From the human T2T-CHM13v2.0 reference genome, Homo sapiens, in the NCBI RefSeq assembly GCF_009914755.1, contig NC_060942.1: a DNA stretch of 64,000 nucleotides; one strand, given 5' to 3'. Positions 1 to 16,788 of this stretch are shown one piece after another. Within the stretch, counting starts at the first letter, position 1; every line of letters starts with the position of its first letter. Under the pieces are notes generated by a model. The model searched no databases. It saw nothing but the letters and a program-made list of their open reading frames with translations, and was not told the DNA's origin. Made by a program: the position numbers and the translations under genes.

Positions 1-269
1 AGGATTTAGACCCATCTTTTTGAAGAATGCAACACTACATTCATATTTTGTCCAGAAAGCTGACTTCAGGGTTGGTTAGTTTTGAGGCATAGTTATGTCA
101 TCTGGGACTCAGAATCTTTCTGCTTTTTTTTTTTTTTTTCTTGTCGCCATCCTTAGTGTTCTGTTTCATCTTCAGTCTATCTTTGTAGCCTCGAGATGGC
201 TGCAACTGTTACTGATGTCAGGTGCAGCTACGCCAACATCCTTAAGAAAAAAAACAACTGTCCCTCCCT

Positions 270-392
270 TGTGTTCTTCTTGATCCCATGAGGGCTGGAA
301 TTTGTTTGTCTCTTTTATTCACTGCAGTCTGCCCAGCACCCGGAGCAGTGGATGGTACATTGCAGTGCTCAGCAAATATTAGTTGAATGAAT
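270..392 (+). mobile_element. L2 LINE 3' end fragment
   Basis: Ends in ...gtgctcagcaaatattagttgaatgaa, resembling the L2 3' terminus. Confidence 0.6.
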
Positions 393-525
393 TATTTTGC
401 CAGGATTCTATAGCATGCCCATGCTTGCACCAAAGCAAAGTTTATGGGAATAGGTGTGAGGGCTTTGAACAATCAACACTCCTAAGGCCTTAGCACCAAA
501 GAGGCAAAAGCTTTGTTGCAGAGAC

Positions 526-550
526 AAAAAAAAAAAAAAAAAAAAAAAAA
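526..550 (+). repeat. Poly(A) tract, 25 nt
   Basis: Directly visible; no attached Alu or L1 body. Confidence 0.9.
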
Positions 551-1639
551 TCAGTCCAATTAGAAAGGAAAAAATAGCAGTGGAAATGGTTATTGGATAA
601 CTTATTTCAATGTTTTACAAAAGAATGTGTCAACTAAGTTTTGGTATACACAGAATTGATTATTTTCAGGTTTCTGATATGACTCAATGACACTTAAAGA
701 GAAGTAAGTCATATATACATGTGATTCCTTACAGAATTTCAAGCATTCGTCACTGCCTACATTTCAGCGTGGACTCTCATCCTTCTTAATATCTTGTTTC
801 TCATGAAATTCCTGCATAAATCCTCATGTCATGCCATCAGCTTACATTGTACCTTTAGACAAAAACTATTTCCATAAAGGAATAATGTATTGATTTAATA
901 AACTAGTTATAAACCATTAAATGATTTGGAAAAGACAGATCAATTCTGTCAAAACCATGGGATCATCTTTTATGAGCAAAGATTGAAACCACAGTGATTT
1001 TTTTCTGAAGTAATTCAGAAAAGTAATTAATCCCCTCAGTTTTTTTTTCTAAGTGTTCTCCTATCAAGTATTACATAATATATTAATATCATGACATCAT
1101 AACATCTGTTTCCCAAATTAATGCCTCTGGGGTCCACACTATTTTCTTCAATATTCATGTCAAGATCAATCAACTACAAAATAATTGCTATGAAATAGCT
1201 CTCAATATGTGTGTACCTTCCCATATGTGAATATAATTACAGTGTTTATTTTATATAATGCCTTATGTGCCTAGATGGATTTATTCAGACACTTGAAGAC
1301 TTAACAACAAAAACTAACCACAGTCTCTATTGTAGCAAAGGGCTGCAGAAGGAAATGAGGTGTAAAATAATCTCTCTATGTGGTTAGTGAGTCACCCTTT
1401 CAGGATTATTGATTGTCCTGCTAAGTGGGCAATTAAAATGAAAACCAAAGAGCTAAATATCCTCATACAAACATACAGACACTTATTTGAAAATTTACAA
1501 AGCAAACTCATTAAAATACCTTCTATTCTTGAGCCTTGCCTTGAAGGTGAAATGGGATCCTGAAATTTGCTATATTCAGCTCATCAGAATTTATGGATGA
1601 ATACTCACTACCCTGGGAGAGGAAAGCAACAGAGACAAG

Positions 1640-2200
1640 AAGAAACAAATGAACGTATTCAAATCCAAATCGTGGAGCCTGATGGCTTGCATCCCAGAGT
1701 TTTTAAGGGATTGACTTGTTATTTTGTTGCAACTATTACAGCTGAAGAATCGATATTGGAATTGTGCAGTCCCTAAAGGCTGAAAAAATGGGAGTTTCTT
1801 AATTAAACAATAGCCGTGGAGGTGGGACTCATTAATATAAAACAGGAAATGGTAGAAAATACCTGGAAAAGTAGTTGAGAAGGATGAACAGAAACATCTA
1901 AATTTCTAAAAAGATTGTAAGTACCTGGGATTAGGCCACACTGTTTTCTAAAGAACAGATGCTTCATATGAATCTGTGACAAGCTGGGGAAAACAGTAGA
2001 TTTAAAAAGAAATTGTCATCCTGTTCTATATGACAAGCCATCAGGCCCAGCCACTGTTTGGTGGGTGTATAGCTCAGTGTCTGGACACATCCAGAGAGCA
2101 ATCTTTCTGAAGGTGACCACACCTGTGAAAGAAGCTTCCTAGACTGAAAAATGTCATTAATTATATTGCTTTTGTCCTACCTGAATCACCACATCTTTTA
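1640..2200 (+). mobile_element. Ancient CR1/L3 LINE fragment (degraded ORF2)
   Basis: Translation EPDGLHPRVFKGL resembles the CR1 ORF2 motif GPDGIHPRVLKEL; boundaries approximate. Confidence 0.5.
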
Positions 2201-3192
2201 GTATGGCTTTTTTGTTTTGTTTTGTTTTTCTTAGAAGCACTAGTTCGATTAACTGGATGACAATGAGTCACCTGGTTGGAACAAGTATTTACTGAATGAA
2301 CACCAGTCCTGTGGAATGCTCTGTGATAAATGTTAGGGGAGGGATGAAGAAACAGACCAACCTTCCTCAAGTGAGAGTTACTGAACTCTCACTGAGCAAA
2401 AGCCTCTAAGCCAGATGCTGTGAGGAAGGGATGGCTTGGAATTGTTAAAACGACATGGACTTTGGCCCCAATGTACAGTTTAGAAGTTAAGATAGCAAAG
2501 TTCTTTTCTTTAATAAATGATTTTGAACATACACTCTGTGTCCCAAGGACTTCATGACCTGGCCATATGGTTTCTAACTATGAACAAAGACATGGCTAGA
2601 ATGTGCCAAGGAAAAATCTTAAAGAATAAGGTAGCAATTCAGTGGGTTATAAAAGAAGGGTGGAATTTCAACAGATTTAGATAGGTGATTAGAGAATTCC
2701 AGGCAGCAGGAAAAGTATGAGCAGTGACTTAAAGGTGCTACTACACAGGAAAAATTAAGGGAACCAAGCCACAGGCTTTGGCCAAAGACTAAGGAATGTG
2801 AAGGGGAATAAAAATGAGGAAACTAAGAGATAAGCATATAAGTAATTTGAACTTAATTCTGGTAGCAAGAAGATATTAAAAAAAATCAGAAAGGAGAGGC
2901 ACAATCTTAGATAGACATTGGAAATGCTAATCTAGTTTCTATGTGTAAAGTCCACTAAAACAGAAGGCATTTTGGAAGCAAGATCAGTTTTAGGCCATGG
3001 ATTCATGTTGGAGCTAAGGTAAGGCCTTTGGTGGTGCCTGTAGAAACAACAGCAAAGAGATGAATGGCAGAGACTGTGAAAGTAATAACCAACAAAGAAG
3101 GGCTCACTGCTAAATTATTTGATACTCACTTTAAGTGCAATAAGGTCTTGGAAAATTAATAAAAATAAGACACTAGGACTGCTGTTTTTTTT

Positions 3193-4978
<1,786 letters not shown>

Positions 4979-7939
4979 TTAAAGCCCTTTTCACACTGAC
5001 CTACAGTTTTATATATTAAAGATTGAATTTGAGAGTAGAACATTAATATAATGGTAGTAAGCATTCTCCATTGACACAGCTCTGGTATATTCAGTTCAAT
5101 TCCTGACATGTTACAGAGGAGTTGGTTTCTCCTCTTTAACAGTTTTCTAGATGGCTGAGATTCACATTGGTCTTACCAGTGTACCATGAGGTGCTTGAGG
5201 CTAGTGTCCACAGAGTTGCTTAGCAAGAGAAGAGTCAAGTACTGTCAGGTTCCTGGCATTTCGCCTCCTTGCCAGTAGCTAATGAGTACATTAGGCCCTA
5301 GCAATGCAAGATCCTTTCATATAAAGAGCAATTGGTTGGCACAGATCATAGTTGCAGCCCAAAAGCAGTTTCTAATAATATGAATTAAGTCAGCTGCTGT
5401 GGTCTGTATCCATCAGGTAACCTCCATGCCCGGGCCCGCTCCATGACCACCTCCTTGATTGGAATCCCTGGAATTCACAGTTCTCTACATCTTTCTTCCA
5501 TGCTCCCCAGCCTCACCACTTTTCCTATTCCCACACCATATATTCCTGGTGTGAAAAGCCTAGGTCTCTCTGTCTCTCATATTGCCTCTCCTAGCACAAG
5601 GGAAAGTCTCTCAGCTGGCCAATGGAGGCCAACTCATCCAGCAGTGAGAAAAATATTAATAACCTTCCTCAAGGATGGAGAAGACTCAGTTTATAAAACC
5701 AAATAGCTTTTATTCTGTCCTGGTTGTGAGGATAATTCACCCTCTGTACCAGAATGTAAGAATGAGTCTAATGCAAAAATAAAAAAGCAAAACAAGTTGA
5801 GTTTTGTACTAAAATAGGTTTAACTTCTTATCCTGTTACATTAGTGAGACTTTTTTCATTGAGATGTACAGATTGTAGAATGTTTTCATGCATGTTATCT
5901 CTCCTTTGATGCTTATAACAATCCTGAGTGCCATCATTCTCTTTGACCAGTTAAGAATCTGAGGCAGCAGGCATGGCATGCTGCATATCACATGATTGGA
6001 AATACCAAAGTTAGCAGGAGAACTTAAGGCTGATTTTTCAACTCTACTTGTTTAATATATTGCCTATTGACAGAAGCGCTGAAAAACATTTACAATGCCT
6101 TAGCTTACCTTTAATTTTGTCATTCTGTTTTTCTCACTGACCAACAAAAGGAATTGGTAAAATGTGAGGAATTAATCACTTGAAGGAATTGGTTCAATGC
6201 ATGATTTCCCTCTGCTTTTGATTGGATGTTTCCTTAATATCCATGTATTGTATATTTATGGTGTTGCAGGTACTGTTTTTGATTCTATGGATACAAGGAT
6301 CAAAAAGTCATAATTCCTTCCTTTCTGGTACTCAATACCCAGAGAAGAAAACTGGTAACATTAATAATAAACTATCCCACAACATACGTATTTAGTATCA
6401 ACCATTTGGAATAATGCTGGGTATTAAGCTCTTTTTCTTTCTATACTCCTTCCTTACAAATATTTGGTTCACTTAAGTATTTTCTGTTTCTGTAGCCTAT
6501 ACCTCTCAACATGGTGGTGGTTATTATTTGACTAATTTCACTATTTTCATAAAATGTCTGTGGCCCAAGTCTTCCTACTTGTACACAACTATATCTAAAG
6601 GAGAGGGGAGAATTTCCTTCCCATACCTCTAGCAGATTGCTCTTGATGTATTGGGTCTTTGCCTGTGATCTGGCTACAAGGGAAATAGGGGAAGCAAAGA
6701 AATTCCTCTGCCAATAGAGAAAGCAAAGAAATTCCTGTATGAGCCCCTGCCAACCTGGACAAATTCCTCTATGTGCCCACTCCCCAACCTTGTGTGGGGA
6801 GGAATTAAAGGCTACTGAGTAAATAACCAGTAGAGGCTGCCACAGTCAATCACAGTAAAATTGCCATACTTAATTTTTGAATGTATTAATATGATTATTT
6901 TTATTGTTGGTGAGGTCTTGATATAATGTGATGAAAACCGAAAAGGGGTACACCATTTATAGTACTCAGCTACCATGATGGTAGCTGGTTATAATAAAAT
7001 ATATCTCTATTCTGCAAATAAAAAGTTATTAGCTCCAATTCTTGGACCATGGACAGTTCACATTTACCATTGTCATCACTGTGATCATCATCATTACTGT
7101 GAATCGTTCTCATCAAACAGCATTCATTTGGTTCTCTGCTTACAAAAGATGCCGTATTATCTTTCTATGTTTCTCTTAAACATGTGGAAAATAATGCTTT
7201 TGGAGAAATTGGGATATTGGGAGGATAAACGAGCTTCTGAAGGTGTTTTCCATTGTGTGCCATAGATGAGCTCTGAAAAGTCAAGTATACATTGAAGTTT
7301 TGTAAATCGAATCAATTTTAAATGCACTAGAGAACTCAAAATTTAAAAGAACCTTGTAGTGAGTCTGTGTTGCAAGGACTCCATTTGAAACACAGGTATT
7401 CAGTCCCAGATTCAATAGTTTCATAAATTTGTATTTTTCTAAGATAGGCTGTTCTTAAATTGATTATGTGTTTTACACTTTTTCAGGGAAAAGTCATTAT
7501 GAATCCAAAATCGTCTTTGTTAATGTGAATGTAATAAAATCTAGTTATTTTCATTGCCACATTAGTAGAGAATTATTCTTTTCATCATTATTCATTCTTT
7601 AAGAGAGATTTTATTTTTAAGTTAGCCATTTTGGATAATTCAAATAATAAAATATCAAAAATGGAAAAAAAAAGCTCAGGCATCACATATATAGTGGTTT
7701 TGAAAAATATAGCTCAACAAATTTCATTCATGCTAAACACACACATGTGCATACATGGAATTTCAGGAAAAAAAAAAAAGATAAAAGCAGCCTTGTTTCA
7801 GAGAAAGCAGATATGAGGGGCTTTTGTTCTTCCAATAGCCCCTCTGATCTGCTGGGTTTCTTCCTGGGTTCTCTGTCTCCTGAGAGGGCATGTGTATGTC
7901 AGTTACTTCCAGAATTACTTACTGGAATACCTGGTTCTG

Positions 7940-8085
7940 CCACCTATAAAGTAGGTGGTAAACTTGGGTAACTACTTATCTACATCACAGACAGGATAAT
8001 AGTCCCAACCTCATGACAATCTAGAGGTTGAATAAATTAATACCTGCACAGTACTTGGATCAGTGCCTAACCTGTACTAACCTGT
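7940..8085 (+). mobile_element. MIR fragment
   Basis: ggttctgccacc...acttgggtaactactt...aatagtcccaacctcat...gcacagtacttggatcagtgcct. Confidence 0.55.
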
Positions 8086-8396
8086 AGCAGCAGGCACCTA
8101 GGAAGCAGTATCCTCTATGGAGGCATCTTCATGGAATACCATGACATGGAAGTACATCTTATGAAATTCACTTAATCCCAAATCCTTATTTAATCAATGG
8201 GTGAGCAGAGGCCCTAAGGGGAGAACAATTTTCCTGAGTTCAGGCAAGGAGGGGGTAGCAGAAAGGATATATAGCTCTGGGCTCTGGAGGCCCACTAGAG
8301 AGAATTTCCCACTGGAGCCTGAGTTAACTCTAGAGGCCACAGATACTTTATTTCAGTGACCCAAAGGCAAGAGACACACTGAAGCTCCATTTAGAG

Positions 8397-8566
8397 CAGG
8401 ATTTCTCAGTCTCCTCACGGCTGACATTTTGGGCTAGATAATTTGTTGCTCTCCAGGGGCTGTGATGTGTATTGGAGAATGCTTACCAGCACGGCTGGCC
8501 ACCGGATGCCAGTACCACAAAAATGTCTCCGAGTATCATGGAATGTCCCCTGGGGGACAAAATTGC
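8397..8566 (-). mobile_element. MER20 DNA transposon (hAT-Charlie MITE)
   Basis: caggatttctca...gacattttgggctagataattt...gatgccagta...aaaaatgtctcc...aatgtcccctgggggacaaaat matches reverse-complement MER20. Confidence 0.8.
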
Positions 8567-11500
8567 ATGTATTTATAAATGCATTTTAGCAGTTTTAGCA
8601 CAATAGAGCCAGAAAAGATGCTATCAGGAGTACACGTGAGGGCCCCACAAGGAGGCTGAGGCCCCACAGAGAGTGGCCTCTGGGGACTTTGCCTAAGGTA
8701 CAAATCTCACTCATGTTCTGTGCACAGACTTCCTCAGAGTCTGAACTAGAAGGGTCACACTGTATTTAGTGTGCAAGCAACATACATATAAAATAACCGC
8801 TCATGAGAATAATGCAGAATTTCCCCAAAGGGGTTTGAATTTCAGGCTCTGGATATTTAAAATGGGCACAACGTTACTCATCTGAAGTCTGGTATTATAG
8901 GTCATGTGAGTGAACACCTTGGGACCTTCAGAATCAAACAAAATGCAGTGCTCCTAACGTCTGTCTGCTGAGACAATACTAACTGCAGCTCTAGGGGTTC
9001 TGAAACTGCCAAAGATGGGCCCTGTGGTTAATCCACACCTCCCCTCTCTTTTCATCCTCTTCCTGTCCCTTCATCATACACAGAATCCTCTTGGTTAAAC
9101 TCCATCTTGTGTTTTTAAAAGGAACATCTAGGGGGGAACTCAAACTCAACCCATGTAATATAACTATCAAAAAAAGGTGATAAATTATTTTCCATCAAAT
9201 ATTCTATTGTTAATACACTCCCATGTGTACTATTATCTTAATATTTTTTAACAACAATATAATTTTGTGCAGCACATTTTAACTCACAAAGCCTCTTCAC
9301 ATGTATTACTGCATTTAATTCTTACAACAATATTTAAGGAAATGTAAATTCAAAGAGATTGAGTAATTGTACAAGATAACCCAACTGGTATAAATAGACA
9401 TACTTCACTCCAGATTCTTATAAGCAAAATTCACTTACTGTCCATATCATTATATTTTCTTTTAAAATAATGGTGATGGGGGTTTTATTTCACCCATATT
9501 GCCGTTTTTTAGAACCACTTTGGAACTACCTTTGGAGACTGCCTGTAGAACTTGTGGCATATTTTTTAAAATACCTTCAAAGGGTCTTATCTATCAAACT
9601 TTCAGGATGAATCCCCTCTTTAAAAGAAAGTCAGGCTGTTGATTAACTTAAATATAGCCTTAGAATGCTGAAATAATTTGTCTCTGAAAGCAATGAAAAT
9701 TTTTTAAAACATTAAAAATATTTAGTAACATTTAGAACAGTCATTTTCAAAATATTTTAGTAGCAGTATAATTTCTTTTCAAATAAAATCTTTAATGAAT
9801 GACTAATATAAAGGAGGCCCCAGGTTTTGGGATTGATCTAAGATCAGTGAGGATCTATGCTCTATCTCCAGATAGAGCTCCAATGATATGACAACCTTCA
9901 GAGTCAACATGCCAATACCTATACAGCGACAGGCTCAGAGACTCTAGGTTGGGCGTCTCTATACCGTGATGTGTGCATCTCTATACTGTGCACACTCTAT
10001 ACTGTGATGTGTGCATGTTCTGAGCCTTCCTTGGCATTTCACTGAGCAAGGCACTCTATGCTATAGTAGTTTTCTAGATTGTAAAAGTTTAGCCAATTGA
10101 ATATGTGAAATTTAATTCAATGTGTTCACCATCAGGGATACATTCGGAAGTTCAAGTATGTAAAAGTGAAAGAAGCATTATTCTGAAGTCTACAGGAAGA
10201 TGCACAAGCTTCATGATACTAAGCTGAAGTGTTGGTGGTTTCAGTATTAATGTGTGATAACTAATATATTTTAGTGTGTGTTTTGTGCAATATTTAAACT
10301 ATCCTGTCATTTTTAAAATCATATGTTTAAAAACTACTGAAGATTCTTCACAGAACTCTTAGGTTCCATAGATTAAATATTGCTGATTTAGTACGACATA
10401 ATTTAGGTGTGAGGTTGTAATGTGCTTATTTATTTATTTATTTATTTTTAATAAGTCATCTTATTACTCTATAGTCTCACCTTGCCTCCTTTTCTTCTCT
10501 GGGATTTTTTCACCAGAGAAGCTCAGGGCTTTTGAAATAGCTCAGTGAAGGTCTGATTAAGATTAGGTGCTTGTAAAGCAAGGTACATACTGACATTTCT
10601 TATTCAACTGGTAAATAGCGCCTTAATTAGCCAACTACAGCTACACTCTTTGCAGGGTAATAGGTGCATCTAAAATACACTAGCTGAACACTCTTTTTGC
10701 AAGATACCAGCCTGGGAGCTACATAACGATGATGAGAACCACGTCTATCTCACTAAGGCATTTATTCATCTAGTTGTGAAAGTCAAGGTTAATTTTCGGC
10801 ATGTCTGGCTTCACTGTTTCAGAAATAATTACCAACTCAGGTGCTTTTTGATCAACCAGTAAACCAGTCCTTATTAAGCCTCCACTTAGGCATACTTACA
10901 AAAAATCGTGAACGATTACAGAATGTGAAAAATGTAAAATTGCTAGAGATCATCTAATTCAGTTATTTCCAACCATTGGCCAATGGCCCTGTAATAGGTT
11001 TCCTTTATAAAAGTATTGGGGAAGCTTGATGAAAGTGTGGGTGCTCTGATGTCACCTCATGGACATAATGATTCAGTAAGTATGAAAATATTTAGATAAT
11101 ATTCAGTAAGATAATGATTCAGTAAGGATGGGATAGAGCCCATGAATCTGCATTGTTAACATCTCCAATGACTCTAATGGGAAACCCAGTTCTGAAATCA
11201 CTGATGTGGTCAGTTCTCTTATTTTATAAATTACTTTGCCCAAGGTCAAAGTGGACCAAATCCCAGATCTCTAGACTCCCTGGTCAGCTCCTCTTCCTCT
11301 GTCTCAGGTCATATTTGTTTTTTAAGGAAATTACTCATTAATCAGTGTGGGATTGTGCACTTGCAACTCTTCAGCCTTGAGAATTAGAGCTACTCAGCAA
11401 AAACCTGAAGGTCTCATCTGCCCCAGACTCTGGGGCCAATTCTGTCCTAAGGCAGAAAGGATTTGAAGAGCTCTAAGCCAGGGGCTTTGCATCCAGTCAT

Positions 11501-12319
11501 TTCAACTTCTGACCCCTTCTATTTGTATTTTTTAAACAAATTAGATCTACCAAAGTCTAAAAAACAATTTATTGGTAATCACACTACAATTGTGGGTTTT
11601 ACTTGATTTCTTCTCATATTTCAAAAGTTTTAATTGTATATATATTGATAAAATGTTAAAGTCTAATGGGTATAAGAAACACTTAGAAAATAATTCAAGA
11701 GAGCACATCTTAATATGCCATCTGTGCGTGTCTGGCACTAAAGGTATTCACGATGTAGCAGCATCTTGCCCTTCCTAGACTATAAACTTACCACTAGCAG
11801 AAAGTTGGTGATATGTTTGATTTTGAATCTTATATACATCTAGCATCATTCTCTATATACAGTAAAAACTCAAAAAATATTTTTGAATGAGAGTGCCAAT
11901 TTGGGAAGTACATCTCAGCTCCCATTAAGCAGATGTGTCCTGAGCTATTACCAGTACAGACCTGTGGGCAGAGCCAGGGGTGGGGGCATCTCTTGCTCAA
12001 GAGCGGAACTGGCAAGGCTTAAGTAACATGGCTCTTTAAAATGAATTTTGCATCTTGGTATTTCATATGCTTTTAAAATGATCATGAACTTGGCCCTTTT
12101 TATTAATGCCGCTTATTTCTAGCATTTCCCCATCTGGCAGGGAAATGCCATATTGTCCTGGAAAACCCTGGGGCCTGGAAAAATTGGGACCATTTGGCCA
12201 ACAGTGTCCTCAGCAGCTCTCAACACAGGGAAATATTAAAATATATTAACAATGGCAACCAACCAAACAATCAAAAAAAGTCTGATCTTTTAGGAGAAAG
12301 ATCGGGGTTTTACCATAAA

Positions 12320-12670
12320 AGATGCAATGCTTCCCTGACCTGTGCTTTTGCGAATGCTAGTCCCTCAGCTTGGCACATTCTGCTTTTCCCCTCTGATCTG
12401 TAATCCACCTTTCACTTCTCCACCACCATCTGCCACACATGATTTCTTCGTTTACCTTTAGTCATTATTTGGGGCCACTTAGGTATTCCTTTTTTAGGGC
12501 AGCCTTCCCAGATTTTCTGGAGTCCAGATAGCACAGTCCTCTGTTTGGCCTTTTTGGTGCACTATACTGCCCATGTCTTAGGGCTTGTCATACTGAATTG
12601 CACTTGTCAGTACATTGGCTTTCCCCTCCACACAGAAAGTTTTGTAAAGTCCTGGAAGATCATGTTTAAG
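12320..12670 (+). mobile_element. L2 fragment
   Basis: ctgtgcttttgcgaatgctagtccctcagcttggcac...cagccttcccaga resembles the L2 3' region. Confidence 0.5.
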
Positions 12671-12674
12671 TTGT

Positions 12675-13602
12675 TGTGACATAGTAAGAAGGTCTTTTGC
12701 CCCTGATTCCTGGCACAGAGCTTCTAAAACCCCTGTAACTCCTGGGTGATAGGGGTGACAGGAACATCTTTTGTTAAAATATTTCATCTGGATACCTTTT
12801 TCCCAACCCAAGAGCTTCTCAGACCCCTGGAGTCTCCAGAGTGAGAAGAGTGTCTTTTTTATGCTAATGAGATGGCTAATGGCTTAGGTTCTCTACGTAG
12901 CTTTACAGTGTGGTCTGGTTACCAGAAGAACCAACCATGTGATTAGAGGGCTGGAACTTCAAACCACTCACCCCCTCCACCTCCAGGGAGAGGAGGGTGG
13001 TTGAGATTGAGTCAACCGCCAATGATCAATGATTTAATCAATCATGCCTACATCATGGAACCTGCATAAAACTCTTTAAAAGGGGGATTTGGAGAGCTCC
13101 TGGGTTGCCGAACTCACTGCTGCGCTGGGAGGGTGATGCACCCCAACTCCATGAAGACAAAGGTTCCTGCATTTAGGGCCTTCCAAACCTTGCCCTAGGT
13201 ACCTCTTCATCTGGCTCTGCATCTGTGCTCTTTTTAATAGCCTTTATCATCAATGGGTAAATATAAGTAAAGTGTTTTCCTGAGTTCTGTGAGCCTCATA
13301 GCAAATTATCAAACATGAAGAAGGGATTGTGGGAAACTCTGGTTTGTAGCCAAGTTGGCCAAAAATGTGGGTAATCTGGGGGCCCACTATTTAAGATTGG
13401 CATCTGAAGTGGGGGGCAGTCTTGTGGTACTGAGCCCTTAATCTGTAAGGTCTGTGTTAACTCTGTGTAGTTAATGTCAGAATTAAATTAAATTGTAGGA
13501 CACCCAGTAGATGGCCACAGAAAATTGCAGAATTGCTTAGTATGGAAAACCCACACATTTGTTGTCAGAATTGCTATGAATATAGACACAGCAATTTTTT
13601 TA
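12675..13602 (+). mobile_element. MER21 (C/B-like) solo LTR
   Basis: tgtga...ttcctggcacagagcttctaaaaccc...gtgattagagggctggaactt...gatttaatcaatcatgccta...aaaacccacacattt; 5-bp TSD gttgt/gctgt. Confidence 0.8.
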
Positions 13603-14178
13603 GCTGTTTGTAATCCTACCCCAAAATATTACATATGCCTCAAGTTAAGATGTCTTTTCCCTTAGAAGGTTATTTCTTATCCAGTATTTGGAGATACTAG
13701 GAGTCATTTATTCTATTTCTTTATTGTCAATAACAAAGCACCCTTCAGAAAAAAATAGCTTTGTGTTGATCTCAATTCATAACAGTTTTGTATGTTTACA
13801 TGGGTCACCTAATGTAGTTTTATTTAAGGTAAAAAAAATTGGTATGAATTTAGTAATTATTCTTAAGGATATGACCCCAAGATTGCAAGTATTTGAGGTC
13901 ATCGTAACAAGATTTTTAATGATCATTTTACAAAAATAATACTGAAAGCAGTTAGGCTTTGAAGACACCAGTTCTACAGCTATGGAAAGAATGGAGAAAT
14001 AAAATTGTCACATTTTGTGAAAATGGCAACTTGTAGTTTGGGGTATAGATTCAAAATGGCTGTATCTCAACATAGTAGAATGAGAAGGTGATGTGTTCTG
14101 GAAAACTGTGGAACACGTGACTAGGAAACAATTCCTGTGAAGAATGCAGATGCTGATGTTAAAAATGCATGTGAAATT

Positions 14179-14700
<522 letters not shown>

Positions 14701-16173
14701 AAGAATGCATGTGAAGAGGATAAGTACAACTGCTAAAATGTGAGTGGAAAATAACTTTTCTAAATTAATATATTATGCATACTTTATATGGTTTAAAATG
14801 TGTACATAAATCCAAATGAACCAATCATTTAAGCAGTATTTAACTATTCTATCAACATCCCTAAAAGTGATTTTCATATTCACATTAGCCAAAAAAAAAG
14901 TAGGGATTTTCTTATTGGAGAAATGCAAAATGGTATTATTTACAGAAATACCTTTTATTCGGGGGTAAATATAGGTTGCTGTTTGTTGATGCAGTGAACT
15001 CTGCAATGACTGATACAGGATATGGGGCTGTAACATTGGCCCTTTGAGTGCTGTATTCAGACTGACTAATTCATCTCTCAGAACTGGGAAGATTGCCAAA
15101 AGACCCTTTGTGGTAAGTGGTAGTCAGAGTCCTAGCAGTTGTAAAGGCCTTCCTCATCCTGTGTTTATCCCATCCTGGTCACCATCACCCATGATATGAA
15201 AAAAAGAGGGACATTTCCCCATATCATGCATGATTCTATTGATTTCAAGAAGATCCAGATAAAATGGAATAAACAGAAAACTTATGGTAGCTCAAGTACC
15301 TTAAAAGTCAAGGGAAATGATCACCTTCTGCTTCAACTTAATCAGAGGCTTAATGTTACTGGGACTCTTTCTATCTCTCTGTGATTTTCTCCCTCTATGT
15401 GAGACCCATCCTCAGACAGACTCTTTTCTTACATTGAAAGAAAGAGCAGCAGCTCCAGGCCTGAAATCCTCTCAGCTCAAATCCAGCAGGAATCTCCTCA
15501 TGCTCTGTCCAAGCATTCCAGCAAAATCTCGGTGCATCACACAGGTTCCAGGTGGGTCATAGTCACATTCCTAACACACCTTCATGGCTGGGGAAAACAC
15601 CCAAAGAACAGCCTGAGATGAGGAGGAAGAAGGCTTGTTTCTACACTGAGAAATGAGAGTTCAGCATGCGAAGAAGGATGAATGGATGCAAGCAGTAAAA
15701 ACAACAGATGATACCACATTTTCATATTTTCCTGATTGTCACAGTACTCCATGTTAATTATCATTCAGAAGAACAGGAAATAAACATAACACTCCTCGGC
15801 TCTTTTCTCAGGGATATCTATGAGTACCATTTTGTCATTCTTCATCCTAATTTTTCTATTTGTGTAATTTTTATAAAATGCAAATCATAGTGTAGATATA
15901 GAGCTGGTATTTTCACTTAGATTAAATAAGAATTTTAATATCTGATGAATAATCTATTATAAACAATTTAAATGGCTACATTCAAAAGCAATTTTTATAG
16001 TTAACTACGTTATTTTTTAAATTCCTTGGTTTTCCTGTTTACAGTCTAGATAGGAGACATTAAACACGGATGAAAGGTAGAAGTAGTCCAAGGGCAGAGA
16101 TACAAATACTTGTGTTTATAATCTTCTTTACAGTCTCCAAGAATTGAGCCTTTAAGTATTTATTGAAAGAGTG

Positions 16174-16424
16174 TTTTTTTTTAACTTTTATTTAAGTTCA
16201 GGGGTACAAGTGCAGGTTTGTTACGTAGGTAAACTTGTGTCATAGGGGTTTGTTGTACAGATTATTTCATCACCCAGGTATTAAGTGTAGTATCCATTAG
16301 TTATTTTTCCTGATCCTCCCCTTCCTCCTACCCTCCACCCTCCAAAAGGCCACACTGTGTGTGTTGTTCCCCTCTATGTGTCCATGTATTCTCATCATTT
16401 GGCTCCCACTTAAAAGTGAGAACA
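16174..16424 (-). mobile_element. L1PA 3' end (approx. L1PA11-13)
   Basis: Poly(T), aagttcaggggtaca...gtacagattatttcatcacccagg...gtgagaaca. Confidence 0.88.
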
Positions 16425-16788
16425 AAAAGCATCATATTTTATGTAATCATTCCCATTTCTCTCTTGTGTGAGTCCCCCCAGCCTATACCTAATCTCAGAA
16501 GTAGATTCCTACCTTCCGGTCCAGTCACATCCTCTGCCCAATATTTGGTGATGAATGACCTCCACATATTGATTTGAACTGCACTGTGCCAAGTCTCAAT
16601 GCCAAGACATGTCTTTGGCACAGGATGCTACACTAGAACTGTTCTTTCTGACTTGACCTGTTCTTGGTGTAACAACTGTTTGCTGAGACAAGACTGAAAG
16701 ATGGCTGGGCCCCTGAATCATGGATCATAGGACCTTCTCTTTCCAAAGCTCCTGTGTGCAATGAAGAAATAGGCATTTCTTCAAAAAG

